From the NCBI GenBank assembly GCA_017646015.1, contig JAGCNI010000010.1, positions 262-64,261 of the forward strand: a DNA stretch of 64,000 bases, read 5' to 3'. Source of the stretch: Lentisphaeria bacterium. GTDB taxonomy: Bacteria; Verrucomicrobiota; Lentisphaeria; Victivallales; UBA1829. The position numbers and the translations under genes were made by a program. Positions 38,561-48,692 of the stretch are shown piece by piece; the stretch's first letter is position 1; each line of letters opens with the position of its first letter. The notes beneath the pieces are model-generated. The model saw only the letters and a list, made by a program, of their open reading frames with translations. It had not been told where the DNA came from and did no database searches.

Positions 38561-39954
38561 GAAAAATAATCCTCAAGCTTGGAAATGATTTCCGGATTCC
38601 GGAGTTTGGTCAGGGCACTGGTTTCAATTTGACGGATCCTTTCCCGGGAAATCCTGAAATGAAGACTCATTTCATTCAGCGACATCGGTTTCTGTCCGTC
38701 CAGTCCAAAACGCAATGTCAGGATCTCACGGGTACGTGGGGAAAGCGTATCAAGGATCTCTTCCAGTTTTTCTATCAATATCTTTTTAGCAAGATTTCTC
38801 ATCGGGTCATCTTCATTGTGAAGATCTCTGACTGTATCTTCCAACAGAACATCTTTTCCGTCATTCCGGGTATATACAGGAGCCTGAAGAGAAATCGGCT
38901 GCATCGCCATCCGTTTCAGAGAGTTGACTCTTTCCCGGGTCATATCAAGACGTTCCGCTATTTCTGCAATTGTGGCTTCTCTGCCGGTCTCCTGCAGAAT
39001 CAGCTGTTCCATTTTATTGATCTTGCCCATCGAATTCAGCATGTGAACTGGAAGACGGATCACTCTTGCCTGTCTGCCGACAGCATGAAGAACGCTTTGT
39101 TTGATCCACCATGTTGCGTATGTACTGAACTTATGACCCAGTTCATAATCAAATTTATCAATCGCTTTGATCAGTCCGATATTGCCTTCCTGGATCAGAT
39201 CTACCAGCGGGACTCCGCAACCCAGATATTTTTTTGCAATACTGACCACCAGCCGGAGATTGGACTGAACAAGTTCATTCCGCAAATCTTCCAACTGAAA
39301 ATGAAGTTTATCCAGTTCTTTGATCTGTTGCGTCAATTCCTGCGGAGAACACAGCAGATCAGAGTCCGGGAGAAGTTGTTTTCCTTCTTCCCGATTTGAT
39401 TGCATGATCAACTGATGATTGTGCAACTGTTCAAGGAGTTTGCGGTATTCTTCGATCAGAACCGGATAACGGGAGAGTAATTCACTGCCTTCTTTGCGTA
39501 ATTTCTGCAACTCCTTTTTTTTCTGATTCTGGAATGCCGTCAGGAGTTTTTTATACAGGATCGAGATATCCTGAAGCAGAATACGGCTTTCCAACAGGAG
39601 CCGATCGGATGTTTCTTCATCTTTGCATAAGGATTGCGGAAAAACATCAGAGAGAGATTCAACCGAATCAAGTTTTTCCAACAGCATGATATGATGCCGG
39701 TAGGTTGTGCCGAACATCGACATCCGGGAGCGGATCTGTTGATAAAGCAGGCGCATCTTCTGCCAGAGATCTTCCTCCTGTTCCGGCTGCAACGGTTCAG
39801 CCGAGGCAAGACACTGCATATACAGACGCAATACCCGGCTGCATTCCTGAGAGGTGCTCTCTTTCTCGGCAGATATCAGTATTTCTGTATCGGATGATGA
39901 AAGTGCCGCTATGCAATTTTCATCACTGATCTCAGTTTGCCTGTCATCGTTCAT
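38557..39954 (-). CDS. RpoD/SigA-like sigma-70 factor (start set at MNDDRQ after AGGAG)
   Basis: NLRLVVSIAKKY, DLIQEGNIGL.KA.DKFDY..G.KFSTYATWWI.Q, RVIRLPVH, SRERIRQIE..AL.KLR. Confidence 0.9.
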   Translation of the reverse strand: MNDDRQTEISDENCIAALSSSDTEILISAEKESTSQECSRVLRLYMQCLASAEPLQPEQEEDLWQKMRLLYQQIRSRMSMFGTTYRHHIMLLEKLDSVESLSDVFPQSLCKDEETSDRLLLESRILLQDISILYKKLLTAFQNQKKKELQKLRKEGSELLSRYPVLIEEYRKLLEQLHNHQLIMQSNREEGKQLLPDSDLLCSPQELTQQIKELDKLHFQLEDLRNELVQSNLRLVVSIAKKYLGCGVPLVDLIQEGNIGLIKAIDKFDYELGHKFSTYATWWIKQSVLHAVGRQARVIRLPVHMLNSMGKINKMEQLILQETGREATIAEIAERLDMTRERVNSLKRMAMQPISLQAPVYTRNDGKDVLLEDTVRDLHNEDDPMRNLAKKILIEKLEEILDTLSPRTREILTLRFGLDGQKPMSLNEMSLHFRISRERIRQIETSALTKLRNPEIISKLEDYFS

Positions 39955-40000
39955 CTTGTTGCTCCTGTATATTTTTCCGTTGAAAAATCCGGTCAACTGT

Positions 40001-40029
40001 ACTGTAAACGGATAGATGGCAAATGTCAA
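40001..40029 (-). promoter_or_regulatory. sigma70 promoter of the sigma-DUF362-xerC operon
   Basis: Minus strand TTGACA-17 bp-TACAGT. Confidence 0.6.
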
Positions 40030-40048
40030 GTTGTTTTTTGAAAATCAA

Positions 40049-40738
40049 TCAGCTTTTTTCTGTATCTGTATTACTGAAATGACAAATATTGCAGTGACGG
40101 CAATCCAATTCCTGTGGAAGATCATAGATCTTTCCGGCTTTTTCACATTTTTTCCGGTTATACAGATTCATCGCCGCAAGGATGAAGCCCATTACAATAA
40201 ATCCGCCGGGTGCCTGTCCCATAACTGAAAAACCATATTCCCAGCCGGGGATCAGTTTGATCTGAAAAATCGTTCCCGCTGCAAGAAATTCGCGAATCAT
40301 CCCGATCACAGTCAGTGCCAGTGTGAAGCCGAGACCCATTCCGAGCCCGTCCAATGCAGAATAAAAAATCCCGTTTTTGGAAGCAAAGGCTTCGGCGCGT
40401 CCGAGCACAATACAGTTCACTACGATCAGAGGAATAAAAATTCCGAGTGCGTTATACAGTGCTTCGGTATATGCCTGCATCACCAGATCCACTACGGTCA
40501 CAAAGGTGGCAATCACAACAATGTAACAGGGGATCCGGATCTTTGATGGCACAATATTCCGGATCAGTGAGATCGCTATATTGCTGCACAGAAGTACAAA
40601 GGTCGTTGCCAGCCCCATTCCCAAGCCGTTCGTTGCACTGGATGATGTCGCCAGAGAGGGACACATTCCCAGAGAAAGAACCAATACCGGATTCTCTTTC
40701 CATATCCCTTTGAAAAATTCGTTTGATGCTTTACTCAT
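40049..40738 (-). CDS. rnfE: Rnf complex subunit E
   Basis: ENPVL...LGMCP.LA, IRIP.YIVVIATFVT, IPLIVVNCIVLGRAEAFASKN. Confidence 0.93.
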   Translation of the reverse strand: MSKASNEFFKGIWKENPVLVLSLGMCPSLATSSSATNGLGMGLATTFVLLCSNIAISLIRNIVPSKIRIPCYIVVIATFVTVVDLVMQAYTEALYNALGIFIPLIVVNCIVLGRAEAFASKNGIFYSALDGLGMGLGFTLALTVIGMIREFLAAGTIFQIKLIPGWEYGFSVMGQAPGGFIVMGFILAAMNLYNRKKCEKAGKIYDLPQELDCRHCNICHFSNTDTEKS

Positions 40739-41427
40739 TTGCTGACCTCCTGAATTTTTCCGGTCAATGCCTGGCGGTTGGCTTCAAAGGTGGATGCCGC
40801 TTTCCAGGCAAGTTGGTTGACCGCTTTGGATGAAATCGTTGCTCCTGATATATATTCCGCCTGTCCGCCGTCCTTTGTCAGCTTCCAGGGCTTTTTCCAT
40901 GAATCAGACGTTCCCGCAGAGTGTCCGTTGTATTGATCCAGAATCTTGTTCGGGGGAAGTCCGGATCGTTTCGTTTCTTTCCGGAAAAGTGAGACAAGAG
41001 TTTTTTCTTCCTGCCGATCCATTGCATTGGAGCCGAGACCGGGTGTTTCGGCATGTCCGGTAATGATAAAGGTGCGGATCGAACCATCCGGATGGAATGA
41101 AATCAGACCGTCCACATTTCCGCCATAACCGCTGTTGACAGAAACTTTTGCGGCGAATCCAGTGATCTTTCCATTTTTTCGTGCAGTGTAGAACAGGATC
41201 TTCTGATTTTTATCAGTCTGATCTGCAAATGTATGAGTTTCAGCCATGGGATCATTGTCAAAATCCGGCAGGATCTGACGGAGTCCCTGTGCCACTTTGC
41301 GGACTTTGGCTTTTTCGATCGGTTTCTGGGTCATGATTGCAGCATATCCCATGATCGCTGCGGCAAAAGCACAGACAATGCAGAGAAATATTCCCAGATA
41401 AAACATGTTGCTTGTGTTTTTATTCAT
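40735..41427 (-). CDS. rnfG: Rnf complex subunit G
   Basis: N-terminal TM, GYGG, HAETPGLG, ISGATISS FMN motif; start MNKNT overlaps the rnfD stop. Confidence 0.9.
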   Translation of the reverse strand: MNKNTSNMFYLGIFLCIVCAFAAAIMGYAAIMTQKPIEKAKVRKVAQGLRQILPDFDNDPMAETHTFADQTDKNQKILFYTARKNGKITGFAAKVSVNSGYGGNVDGLISFHPDGSIRTFIITGHAETPGLGSNAMDRQEEKTLVSLFRKETKRSGLPPNKILDQYNGHSAGTSDSWKKPWKLTKDGGQAEYISGATISSKAVNQLAWKAASTFEANRQALTGKIQEVSK

Positions 41428-42512
41428 TTGATTTCTCCCCGTCGCGGCTGGAAGGTTCCGGCAGGCGGATTCCAACCGAATGGACGTTTATAACAGAGTT
41501 TGTCGATCAGAGGAACAAGTGCATTCATGATCACAATGGCAAAACTCATTCCTTCCGGATAGGAGCCCCAGATACGGATGACACAGACAATGATCCCGAT
41601 CCCGGCTCCGAAAACGATTTTTCCGAGATTTGTGACCGGACTTGTTACGTAATCTGTTGCCATGAAGAAAGCTCCGATCATTACTCCGCCTGTGAGCAGA
41701 TGAAACATCGGTCCGGGCGTTGTTCCGGGAGAGATACCGTTGACGATCCAGATGAAGATCGTAATTGTTGCCAGAATCGCCACCGGGATATAAAGACGGA
41801 TGATCCCGAGGTAAACCAGACCCGCCGCTCCGATCAGAATTGCCAACGTACTGGTTTCACCGAGACAGCCGCCGATATTTCCGAGAAAAGCATTCCAGAG
41901 AAATTCATTGGAATTGAAGATCGCCAGTTGCGTATTCGCCGCCGCAGTGGGAGTTGCAGAGGTTACAGCGGAAAATTCTGCCGCAGCAGACAGCGGAGTT
42001 GCGGAGGTGACTCCATCAAAGTGATGAAAGGCTGAGGGCAGAGGTGCCCAGGTCGTCATGGGTTTGGTCGCACCGATCAGAAGAGCCACACGGGCAACGG
42101 CTGCAGGGGTGAATGGATTTTGTCCCAATCCACCGAAAACTTCTTTGGCAATGATGATGGCGATGAATGCACCAATCAGACAGAGCCACCACGGAATCAG
42201 CGGACTCAGATTCAAGGCAAGGATCAATCCTGTCACCAGTGCACTGAAATCTTTACAGGTATGCGGTGTTTTGGCGATCTTGCACCAGAGATATTCCATC
42301 CCGACACAGAAGATCATACACAGCAGGATCACCCGCAGCGCATTCCATCCATAGAACCAGATAGAAGCTGCTACGACCGGCAGCAGACAGAGCAATACCT
42401 GAAGCATGATCCTGGAGGTCGTCATGCTTGTCCGTATGTGCGGAGAAGAACTCAGGATCAGAGATCCTTCCTGAAGAAATTCTTTTTCCGGAACTGAATT
42501 TTTTTCATCCAT
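41424..42512 (-). CDS. rnfD: Rnf complex subunit D
   Basis: SSPHI, FGGLGQNPF.PA, DGVTSATPL, GCLGETS, AFFMATD.VTSP, YPEG.SFA. Confidence 0.93.
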   Translation of the reverse strand: MDEKNSVPEKEFLQEGSLILSSSPHIRTSMTTSRIMLQVLLCLLPVVAASIWFYGWNALRVILLCMIFCVGMEYLWCKIAKTPHTCKDFSALVTGLILALNLSPLIPWWLCLIGAFIAIIIAKEVFGGLGQNPFTPAAVARVALLIGATKPMTTWAPLPSAFHHFDGVTSATPLSAAAEFSAVTSATPTAAANTQLAIFNSNEFLWNAFLGNIGGCLGETSTLAILIGAAGLVYLGIIRLYIPVAILATITIFIWIVNGISPGTTPGPMFHLLTGGVMIGAFFMATDYVTSPVTNLGKIVFGAGIGIIVCVIRIWGSYPEGMSFAIVIMNALVPLIDKLCYKRPFGWNPPAGTFQPRRGEIK

Positions 42513-42530
42513 TTTTATGTTTCCTGTTTG

Positions 42531-43874
42531 TTATTTGTTTTTGCGTCTTTTCTCATTGATTTCCGCTTTGGCTCTGCGGAAATGTTGAACGTTGGGGCGT
42601 CCCGCCGGGCAGACATAAGTACAGATCCCGCACTCAAGACAGCTTAATACATAATTTTCTTCCGCCAGATCATAGCGTTCATTTTCGCAGACTTTACTCA
42701 GTGTGCTGACCAGCAAACGCATCGGACAGGCATCGACACAACGTCCGCAACTCAGACAGGGTCCTGCCTCAAACTGACGTACTTCATCGTTTGCAAGGAA
42801 AAGGATCCCGGATGTATTTTTGGAAACAGAAACTTTCAGGGATGACTGTGCAAATCCCATCATCGGTCCGCCGAGGATCAATTTGCCAACGGGTGACTGC
42901 AAGCCTCCCGCAGCTTCCAATGCTTTTTCCACCGGCGTGCCGAGACGCAAATGGAAGTTGCCAGTATCTTTGACTGGCGTTCCTGTGACTGTTACGATAC
43001 GTTCGATCAGCGGACGACCTTCTGTTACAGCATCGGCGATCGCTTTGAGGGTCCCTACGTTCTGAACCACACATCCAACGTCCATCGGCAAACCTCCGGC
43101 AACAACTTTCCGTCCGGTCAGGGCATAGATGAGTTGTTTTTCTCCGCCTTGCGGATAACGGACATGCAGGGGAATGATCTGTATATTTCTGTTTCTTTTT
43201 GCTTTTCTGCGGAGAATATTGATCGCATCGGGCTTGTTTTCTTCGATCCCGATCACAATATGAGAGATCCTCAGGATCTTGGCACAGATTTCAGCACCGG
43301 TGAGAACCTGTTCCGGATATTCACGCATGAGACGGTCATCCGCTGTCAGATAGGGTTCACATTCTGCGCCGTTGATCACGAGAGTGTCAATGATTTTTTC
43401 CGGCGGAGGGGATAACTTTGCATGAGTCGGGAAAGCGGCTCCGCCCATTCCGACGATCCCTGCTTCCCGGACACGTTCCAGAAGAAGTTCTCTGTTCTGA
43501 TCCCGCCAGTTGGGATATGGCGTCATTGGTTCGCACCATTCATCTTTGCCGTCGGAAATGATTTCAACCGCCTGAACCGGAGCTCCATTCGCACCGGGGA
43601 TCTCCAGAATTTCTCCGATCGTTCCGCTGGTGGGAGCATGGAGAGGAACAGAAACAAAACCTCCGGCATCCGCAATTTTCTGTCCTTTCAGAACTGTATC
43701 GCCTTTCTGGACGTTCAATTTCGGCGGAGCTCCGATGTTCTGCTGGATGACCAGAGTATATTTATCCAACAGAGGAATATTGCGGATCAATCCGGCAGCA
43801 GAAAGTTCTTTATGATCTGCAGGATGGATCCCCCCTTCAAAATGTTTCGGATGTATCGGCATATTATTTTTCAT
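42531..43874 (-). CDS. rnfC: Rnf complex subunit C
   Basis: F.GGIHP, AGIVGMGGAAFPT..K, NGAECEPYLTAD, YPQGGEKQL, CLSCGRCVDACP, CLECGICTYVCP. Confidence 0.94.
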   Translation of the reverse strand: MKNNMPIHPKHFEGGIHPADHKELSAAGLIRNIPLLDKYTLVIQQNIGAPPKLNVQKGDTVLKGQKIADAGGFVSVPLHAPTSGTIGEILEIPGANGAPVQAVEIISDGKDEWCEPMTPYPNWRDQNRELLLERVREAGIVGMGGAAFPTHAKLSPPPEKIIDTLVINGAECEPYLTADDRLMREYPEQVLTGAEICAKILRISHIVIGIEENKPDAINILRRKAKRNRNIQIIPLHVRYPQGGEKQLIYALTGRKVVAGGLPMDVGCVVQNVGTLKAIADAVTEGRPLIERIVTVTGTPVKDTGNFHLRLGTPVEKALEAAGGLQSPVGKLILGGPMMGFAQSSLKVSVSKNTSGILFLANDEVRQFEAGPCLSCGRCVDACPMRLLVSTLSKVCENERYDLAEENYVLSCLECGICTYVCPAGRPNVQHFRRAKAEINEKRRKNK

Positions 43875-44701
43875 GCTGCACCTTCTTTCCCGCTGTTGGC
43901 GGCTGTATGATGTGCAACCGTATCCAACGCTCCGGTCGGACAGGCTATTTCTCTGATTGTTTCTTCTGTAAGATTTGAATCTTCCGTGACCCGGACAAGG
44001 AATCCCTGAGCATTGAATGAATCCGGTACGGCGCGGACACATTTCTTACATGCGATACATGCTGCTTCACATGCTTTCCGTTTGACCGGACCTTTTTCGA
44101 GGGAGTTGCAATAGACATGGATTTTGGAAGTTGCGGGTACAAGGCGGATGAGTTTTCGCGGGCAGATATCAATACAGTTTCCGCAACCTTCGCAAAGTTC
44201 CGGATGAACGATCGCAAGCCCGTTTCTGATTTCAATGGCACCGAACTGACAGCGTCTTGCACAGGAGCCGAGACCGATACAGCCGAAACGGCATGTTTTA
44301 CCGCCACCGGAAAGAGCGGCAGCCGCGCGACAGTCATTGAGACCATTGTAACGGGCAAGACGTTTGGCTTTATGATTGTCACCGGAACAATAGACCACGG
44401 CGACTTGTTTTTCTCTGTTGCCCGCTTCCTTGCCGAGAATTTCAGCGATTTTTTTGAAATTTTCCTCAGAACAGGCACTGCATGATGAGATATTCGCATC
44501 ATTTTCCACGATTTCTTTTGCAAAATCAGCGCATCCGGCATATCCGCATCCGCCGCAATTTGCACCGGGGAGAAGTTCGGTGATCTCTTCAATACGGGGA
44601 TCTGCTTCCACGGCAAAACGTTTGGCTGTATATCCGATCAATATTCCGAGAACCAGACCCAGAAGTGCCAGAACCGCAGCTGCTATAAGGATATTTGTCA
44701 T
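43871..44701 (-). CDS. rnfB: Rnf complex subunit B
   Basis: N-terminal TM, LPGANCGGCGYAGC, CIGLGSC, CEGCGNCIDICP. Confidence 0.92.
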   Translation of the reverse strand: MTNILIAAAVLALLGLVLGILIGYTAKRFAVEADPRIEEITELLPGANCGGCGYAGCADFAKEIVENDANISSCSACSEENFKKIAEILGKEAGNREKQVAVVYCSGDNHKAKRLARYNGLNDCRAAAALSGGGKTCRFGCIGLGSCARRCQFGAIEIRNGLAIVHPELCEGCGNCIDICPRKLIRLVPATSKIHVYCNSLEKGPVKRKACEAACIACKKCVRAVPDSFNAQGFLVRVTEDSNLTEETIREIACPTGALDTVAHHTAANSGKEGAA

Positions 44702-44720
44702 AGTTTCATATCTCCTGTTT

Positions 44721-45344
44721 TTATTTGACCAATCCGGAGAATCCCATGAACGCAAGAGCCAGGATCCCGGCTGTGATCAAAGCGATGGACATTCCCTGAA
44801 ATGCTTTCGGGATCCGGGAGAGTTCAAGACGTTCACGCAAACTGGAAAAGAGCAACAGTGCCAGAGAGAATCCGATCCCGGAACAAATTCCGTACACTGT
44901 CGAAGCCAGAATGCTGCGTCCGGAATCTGCATTCAGTTGGGCAGCTCCGAGAACCGCACAGTTTGTCGTGATCAACGGCAGATAAATTCCGAGAGCCCCA
45001 TACAGGGCAGGGCTGAATTTCTGCAACAGGATCTCCACGATCTGAACCAGTGCTGCAATCACAACAATGAAGACCAGAATCCGAGTGAAAGACATATCCA
45101 GATTTTTGATCTGAAAACTGCCGATCGTCAGATTCAGTTTCGCAGAAAGCAGTCCGTGGTAAAGACAGGCGGTCACAAAAGAGGCGATCCCCATGACAAA
45201 GACCACGGCACCGCCCATGCCAAGAGCTGTTTTTATTTTTTTTGATACCCCGAGAAAGGGACAGATACCGAGAATTCTGGACAACACGATATTGTTCACC
45301 AGAATCGCTCCCACTGTGATCAGCAACCATTCATTGGCCGGCAT
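44721..45344 (-). CDS. rnfA: Rnf complex subunit A
   Basis: LVNNIVL...LGICPFLGVSKK, LGIYLPLITTNCAVLG, LALAFMGF. Confidence 0.93.
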   Translation of the reverse strand: MPANEWLLITVGAILVNNIVLSRILGICPFLGVSKKIKTALGMGGAVVFVMGIASFVTACLYHGLLSAKLNLTIGSFQIKNLDMSFTRILVFIVVIAALVQIVEILLQKFSPALYGALGIYLPLITTNCAVLGAAQLNADSGRSILASTVYGICSGIGFSLALLLFSSLRERLELSRIPKAFQGMSIALITAGILALAFMGFSGLVK

Positions 45345-45555
45345 CGTTTTTATCTCCTTATTTTCTTTGATTTTTTTACTTGTTTTTTCTTTGTTCAAAA
45401 CAGAGAAATATACTCTCTCCATATTTTTTTTCAAGATTTAGATAGTTTTTTATTCTGGAGTATTGAATGTTTTTTTGATTATTCTATTGAAAAAAAAATG
45501 AATCATGCTATTTTGTTAATGATACATTAATATTTTATCTATTGCAAAAGGAGAA

Positions 45556-46449
45556 ATGGTTGTGAAACGAATATTTCAGAGGCTTTTGCCTCTTGTATTA
45601 ACTCTTCTTTTCTGTTGTACTGCAATGGCTAAGGAAAAATGGTTCAACTGGGAAAAAAGTATTGAGCTGTTCCCGGGGATCCGCCATGTCTATCAGGATA
45701 TACGCAAACCCCGGATCATGAAACTCAATATTGTCCGGGTGGATCTGAATCATAAAAATATTGTTTTAAAGACCTCCGGGCGTTCCGAATATTGGGGCGA
45801 GATGATGCCGGATCACAGAAATATCCGGATCCGTACACGGCGTCAGAGTACATTTGATTTTCTGTTGATGCATCGGCGCGCAGGCGTGAATATGGTATTG
45901 GCTGTCAATGCTTCCCCCTGGCAGCCGCACCCGCAATTTACCGGGACTCAATTGTATGCGGGAAATCTCGGTCTGGTCATTTCGGAGGGTTTGCTGGTGG
46001 ATTTTCCCAATGGTGCACCGGCGTTTCTGATCATGAAAAACGGCAGACGTATGATCCGGCATGTCAGAAAAGGTGAAGATTTTTCAGGGATCCAATTGGC
46101 AGTCGGAGGTTTTTCCATGATTTTGACTGACGGCATTCCCGGAGGACGCAATGAGCTCAATTCCCGCACTGCTTACGGTCTTTCTGCTGATACAAGATTT
46201 CTCTATATCGTTACCGTAGATGGAAATATTCCGGGTGTCAGTGAGGGGATCAGCACCCGGGAGTTGGCGGATCAACTGAAATTTTTTGGTGCATGGAATG
46301 CGTTGTGTATGGACAGCGGGGAATCTACAAGTCTGCTGATGATCGCCAAAGATATCCGTGGAAAAGATGTGGTCCATCGTTTGAATTGTTCATCCGATAA
46401 TCTTGCAGTTGCCAATTCGCTGGGAATTTGTCTGATTCACACTCCATAA
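45556..46449 (+). CDS. Phosphodiester glycosidase (NAGPA/DUF2233) family exported protein
   Basis: Signal peptide, LAVNAS, SRTAYG, VTVDG, NALCMDSG.ST, VANSLG. Confidence 0.8.
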   Translation: MVVKRIFQRLLPLVLTLLFCCTAMAKEKWFNWEKSIELFPGIRHVYQDIRKPRIMKLNIVRVDLNHKNIVLKTSGRSEYWGEMMPDHRNIRIRTRRQSTFDFLLMHRRAGVNMVLAVNASPWQPHPQFTGTQLYAGNLGLVISEGLLVDFPNGAPAFLIMKNGRRMIRHVRKGEDFSGIQLAVGGFSMILTDGIPGGRNELNSRTAYGLSADTRFLYIVTVDGNIPGVSEGISTRELADQLKFFGAWNALCMDSGESTSLLMIAKDIRGKDVVHRLNCSSDNLAVANSLGICLIHTP

Positions 46450-46472
46450 TAGTGCAGAATCCGCAAATCCGC

Positions 46473-46501
46473 TTGACAACACGTGTTTGGTCTGTTATAT
46501 T
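46473..46501 (+). promoter_or_regulatory. sigma70 promoter
   Basis: TTGACA-17 bp-TATATT. Confidence 0.65.
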
Positions 46502-46563
46502 TCCATGACTGAACAATATTGTATAGTTTCAACATAACTGTTTACGAAAGGGAACATTCGCTG

Positions 46564-47097
46564 ATGAAAAAACATTTTCTGCTGTGTCTTGCCGCTGTAT
46601 TCGCTCTGAACCATTGTGCCTTTGCTCAAGAGGAGATGCCTGATCCTCCTGATGCAGCAGCTGCTTCTCCCGCTCCTGCTCCTGCTCCGGCGGAAAAGAA
46701 AGCCACTGCTGATGATTCTGATAATCCTTATGCCGAACAACATAAAGCGATTCAGAATGCAGAAAAAGCGGTCAATGCGGCAAAACGCCGTTCCGACCGC
46801 CGCCGTGCCGTTGCTGAACTGCGTAAAGAAGTGGAAAAACTGGAACGGATCTATAAACGGAATGTGGAAGAGTTGAAACAGCAGGAAAAATCATTTGCCA
46901 ACCATGTCCGGCTTGCCCGCAGCAAATCTCAGAAAGCCGCCGTACAGAAAAAATTGAAAAAAGTCCGTGCCGATATCAAGGCTGAACAGGAAAAAGCCGG
47001 ATATAAAAAATGGTATGACAAGGTCAAAGAGTTGGATAACAGCAAGAAAAAAGAGAGTAAAGAGAAAAAAGTCCGGAACAAACGCAAGAAAAAATAA
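46564..47097 (+). CDS. Hypothetical exported basic coiled-coil protein
   Basis: Signal peptide MKKHFLLCLAAVFALNHCAFA, Pro/Ala linker, K/R-rich helical body. Confidence 0.7.
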   Translation: MKKHFLLCLAAVFALNHCAFAQEEMPDPPDAAAASPAPAPAPAEKKATADDSDNPYAEQHKAIQNAEKAVNAAKRRSDRRRAVAELRKEVEKLERIYKRNVEELKQQEKSFANHVRLARSKSQKAAVQKKLKKVRADIKAEQEKAGYKKWYDKVKELDNSKKKESKEKKVRNKRKKK

Positions 47098-47127
47098 CTC
47101 TGTTCAGCGGGGGGAGGATTTGTTTGT

Positions 47128-48669
47128 ATGACAATACCGGAATCACATCTGATACTGCTTGGGTTGACTGTTGCTGCCGGGCTTGCTGCGGCTCTTCATA
47201 TTCTGTTGACTATGCGGGATGATACTCAGCGGGCGGCATTATGGCTGCTGTTGGTAGTTACATTTCCGGTTTTCGGTTCTCTCTTGTATGTCGTTGCCGG
47301 TGTTTCCCGGCGTAATACGTTCGGGAAAAAAATTGCCCGTTCTGTTGCTGCTTTCCTTTTACAGAGGGATCAAGCAGAACACCTTGCCTTGAAGAGTTAC
47401 AAGGATCAAATGAGTCGTTTTATCGGGAAAGATCCGGGATCGCCCGTGCATACTATGGATTTTATTGTAATGCTGGAGCGTTTATTGAAATCCGGCTCAG
47501 CATTTTCCTCAGAAGAACAGAATGACTTTGTATATCCGGTTCTTCCTTTGGGGGCAACATCTCTTTCCGGCAATAAAATTGAATTGTTCTGTGATGGTAC
47601 CGATGCTTATCCGGCAATGCTTGACAGTATCCGTTCCGCACGGAAAAATATTCATCTGCAAAGTTTTATTTTTGCGGATGACCGTATCGGCAGGACAATT
47701 ATGGCAGCCCTTTGTGAACGAGCAGAAGCGGGCGTGGAAGTCCGGATCCTGTTTGATAAATTCGGATCGTTCAAATCTTCCTGGTTCCTGTTGGATTACC
47801 GTTCCCGTTCTCTGCCGAATCTGCAGATCCGTCCATTTTCCCATGCGTCGCTGTTGACCCCGTGGCGTATTCAGTTGCGGAATCATCGGAAACTGTTGGT
47901 TGTGGATGGTCATACTGCGTTTACGGGCGGGTTGAATATCAGTCAGGAAAATATCCGGACAAAAGATCATTTGGGAATCCATGATTTTCATTGCCGTGTC
48001 CGGGGACCGGTCGTCAGTGAACTGCAATTTCTTTTTTTCTGTGATTGGCTGTACGCATCCCGGCGTCATCCTGAAACATTATTTCTGCGTGAATATTTTC
48101 CTCATCCGGAAGCTTGCGGAAATGATATAGTCCGTCTGATTGCCAGCGGACATGGTTATTTTTTTGAGGGGACAGAGAAAGTCTTTTTTGCGGCTGCATC
48201 GACTGCCCGGAAATCTCTCTGGATCATCACACCGTATTTCGCTCCGCCCCAGGATTTCTGCAAAGCTTTGCGGATGGCATCGGCAAGAGGGGTGGATGTC
48301 CGTCTGATCGTACCGGCTGTGAACAATCATTGGTTTATGAAAATGGCATCGGGCGGTTTGTATGAGACATTGTGCAGTGACGGGGTCCGGATTTTTGAAC
48401 GTCAGGAGGTTTTCACTCATGCCAAAGCCATGTTGGTGGATGGTCAGATCGCTTATCTCGGCTCCAGTAATTGTGATGTCCGGAGTTTCCGTTTGAATTT
48501 TGAACTTGATATGTTGGTTGAACAAGGGGATTTCCCGGAAATCCTGCATCGTCAGTTTCTGTCGGAATTGAAAAATTCTGTGGAGATCACCGGGGAGAAG
48601 CTCCGGAATAAAACGATTTTCCGGAAACTCGGGGAAAGTCTCTGTGCCCTCCTGACTCCGGTTTTATAA
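47128..48669 (+). CDS. cls: Cardiolipin synthase (PLD family)
   Basis: Two N-terminal TMs; HKD motifs RNHRKLLVVDG and HAKAMLVDG; RSFRLNFE. Confidence 0.9.
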   Translation: MTIPESHLILLGLTVAAGLAAALHILLTMRDDTQRAALWLLLVVTFPVFGSLLYVVAGVSRRNTFGKKIARSVAAFLLQRDQAEHLALKSYKDQMSRFIGKDPGSPVHTMDFIVMLERLLKSGSAFSSEEQNDFVYPVLPLGATSLSGNKIELFCDGTDAYPAMLDSIRSARKNIHLQSFIFADDRIGRTIMAALCERAEAGVEVRILFDKFGSFKSSWFLLDYRSRSLPNLQIRPFSHASLLTPWRIQLRNHRKLLVVDGHTAFTGGLNISQENIRTKDHLGIHDFHCRVRGPVVSELQFLFFCDWLYASRRHPETLFLREYFPHPEACGNDIVRLIASGHGYFFEGTEKVFFAAASTARKSLWIITPYFAPPQDFCKALRMASARGVDVRLIVPAVNNHWFMKMASGGLYETLCSDGVRIFERQEVFTHAKAMLVDGQIAYLGSSNCDVRSFRLNFELDMLVEQGDFPEILHRQFLSELKNSVEITGEKLRNKTIFRKLGESLCALLTPVL

Positions 48670-48692
48670 CAGTTTCACAAAGGATGAAATGA

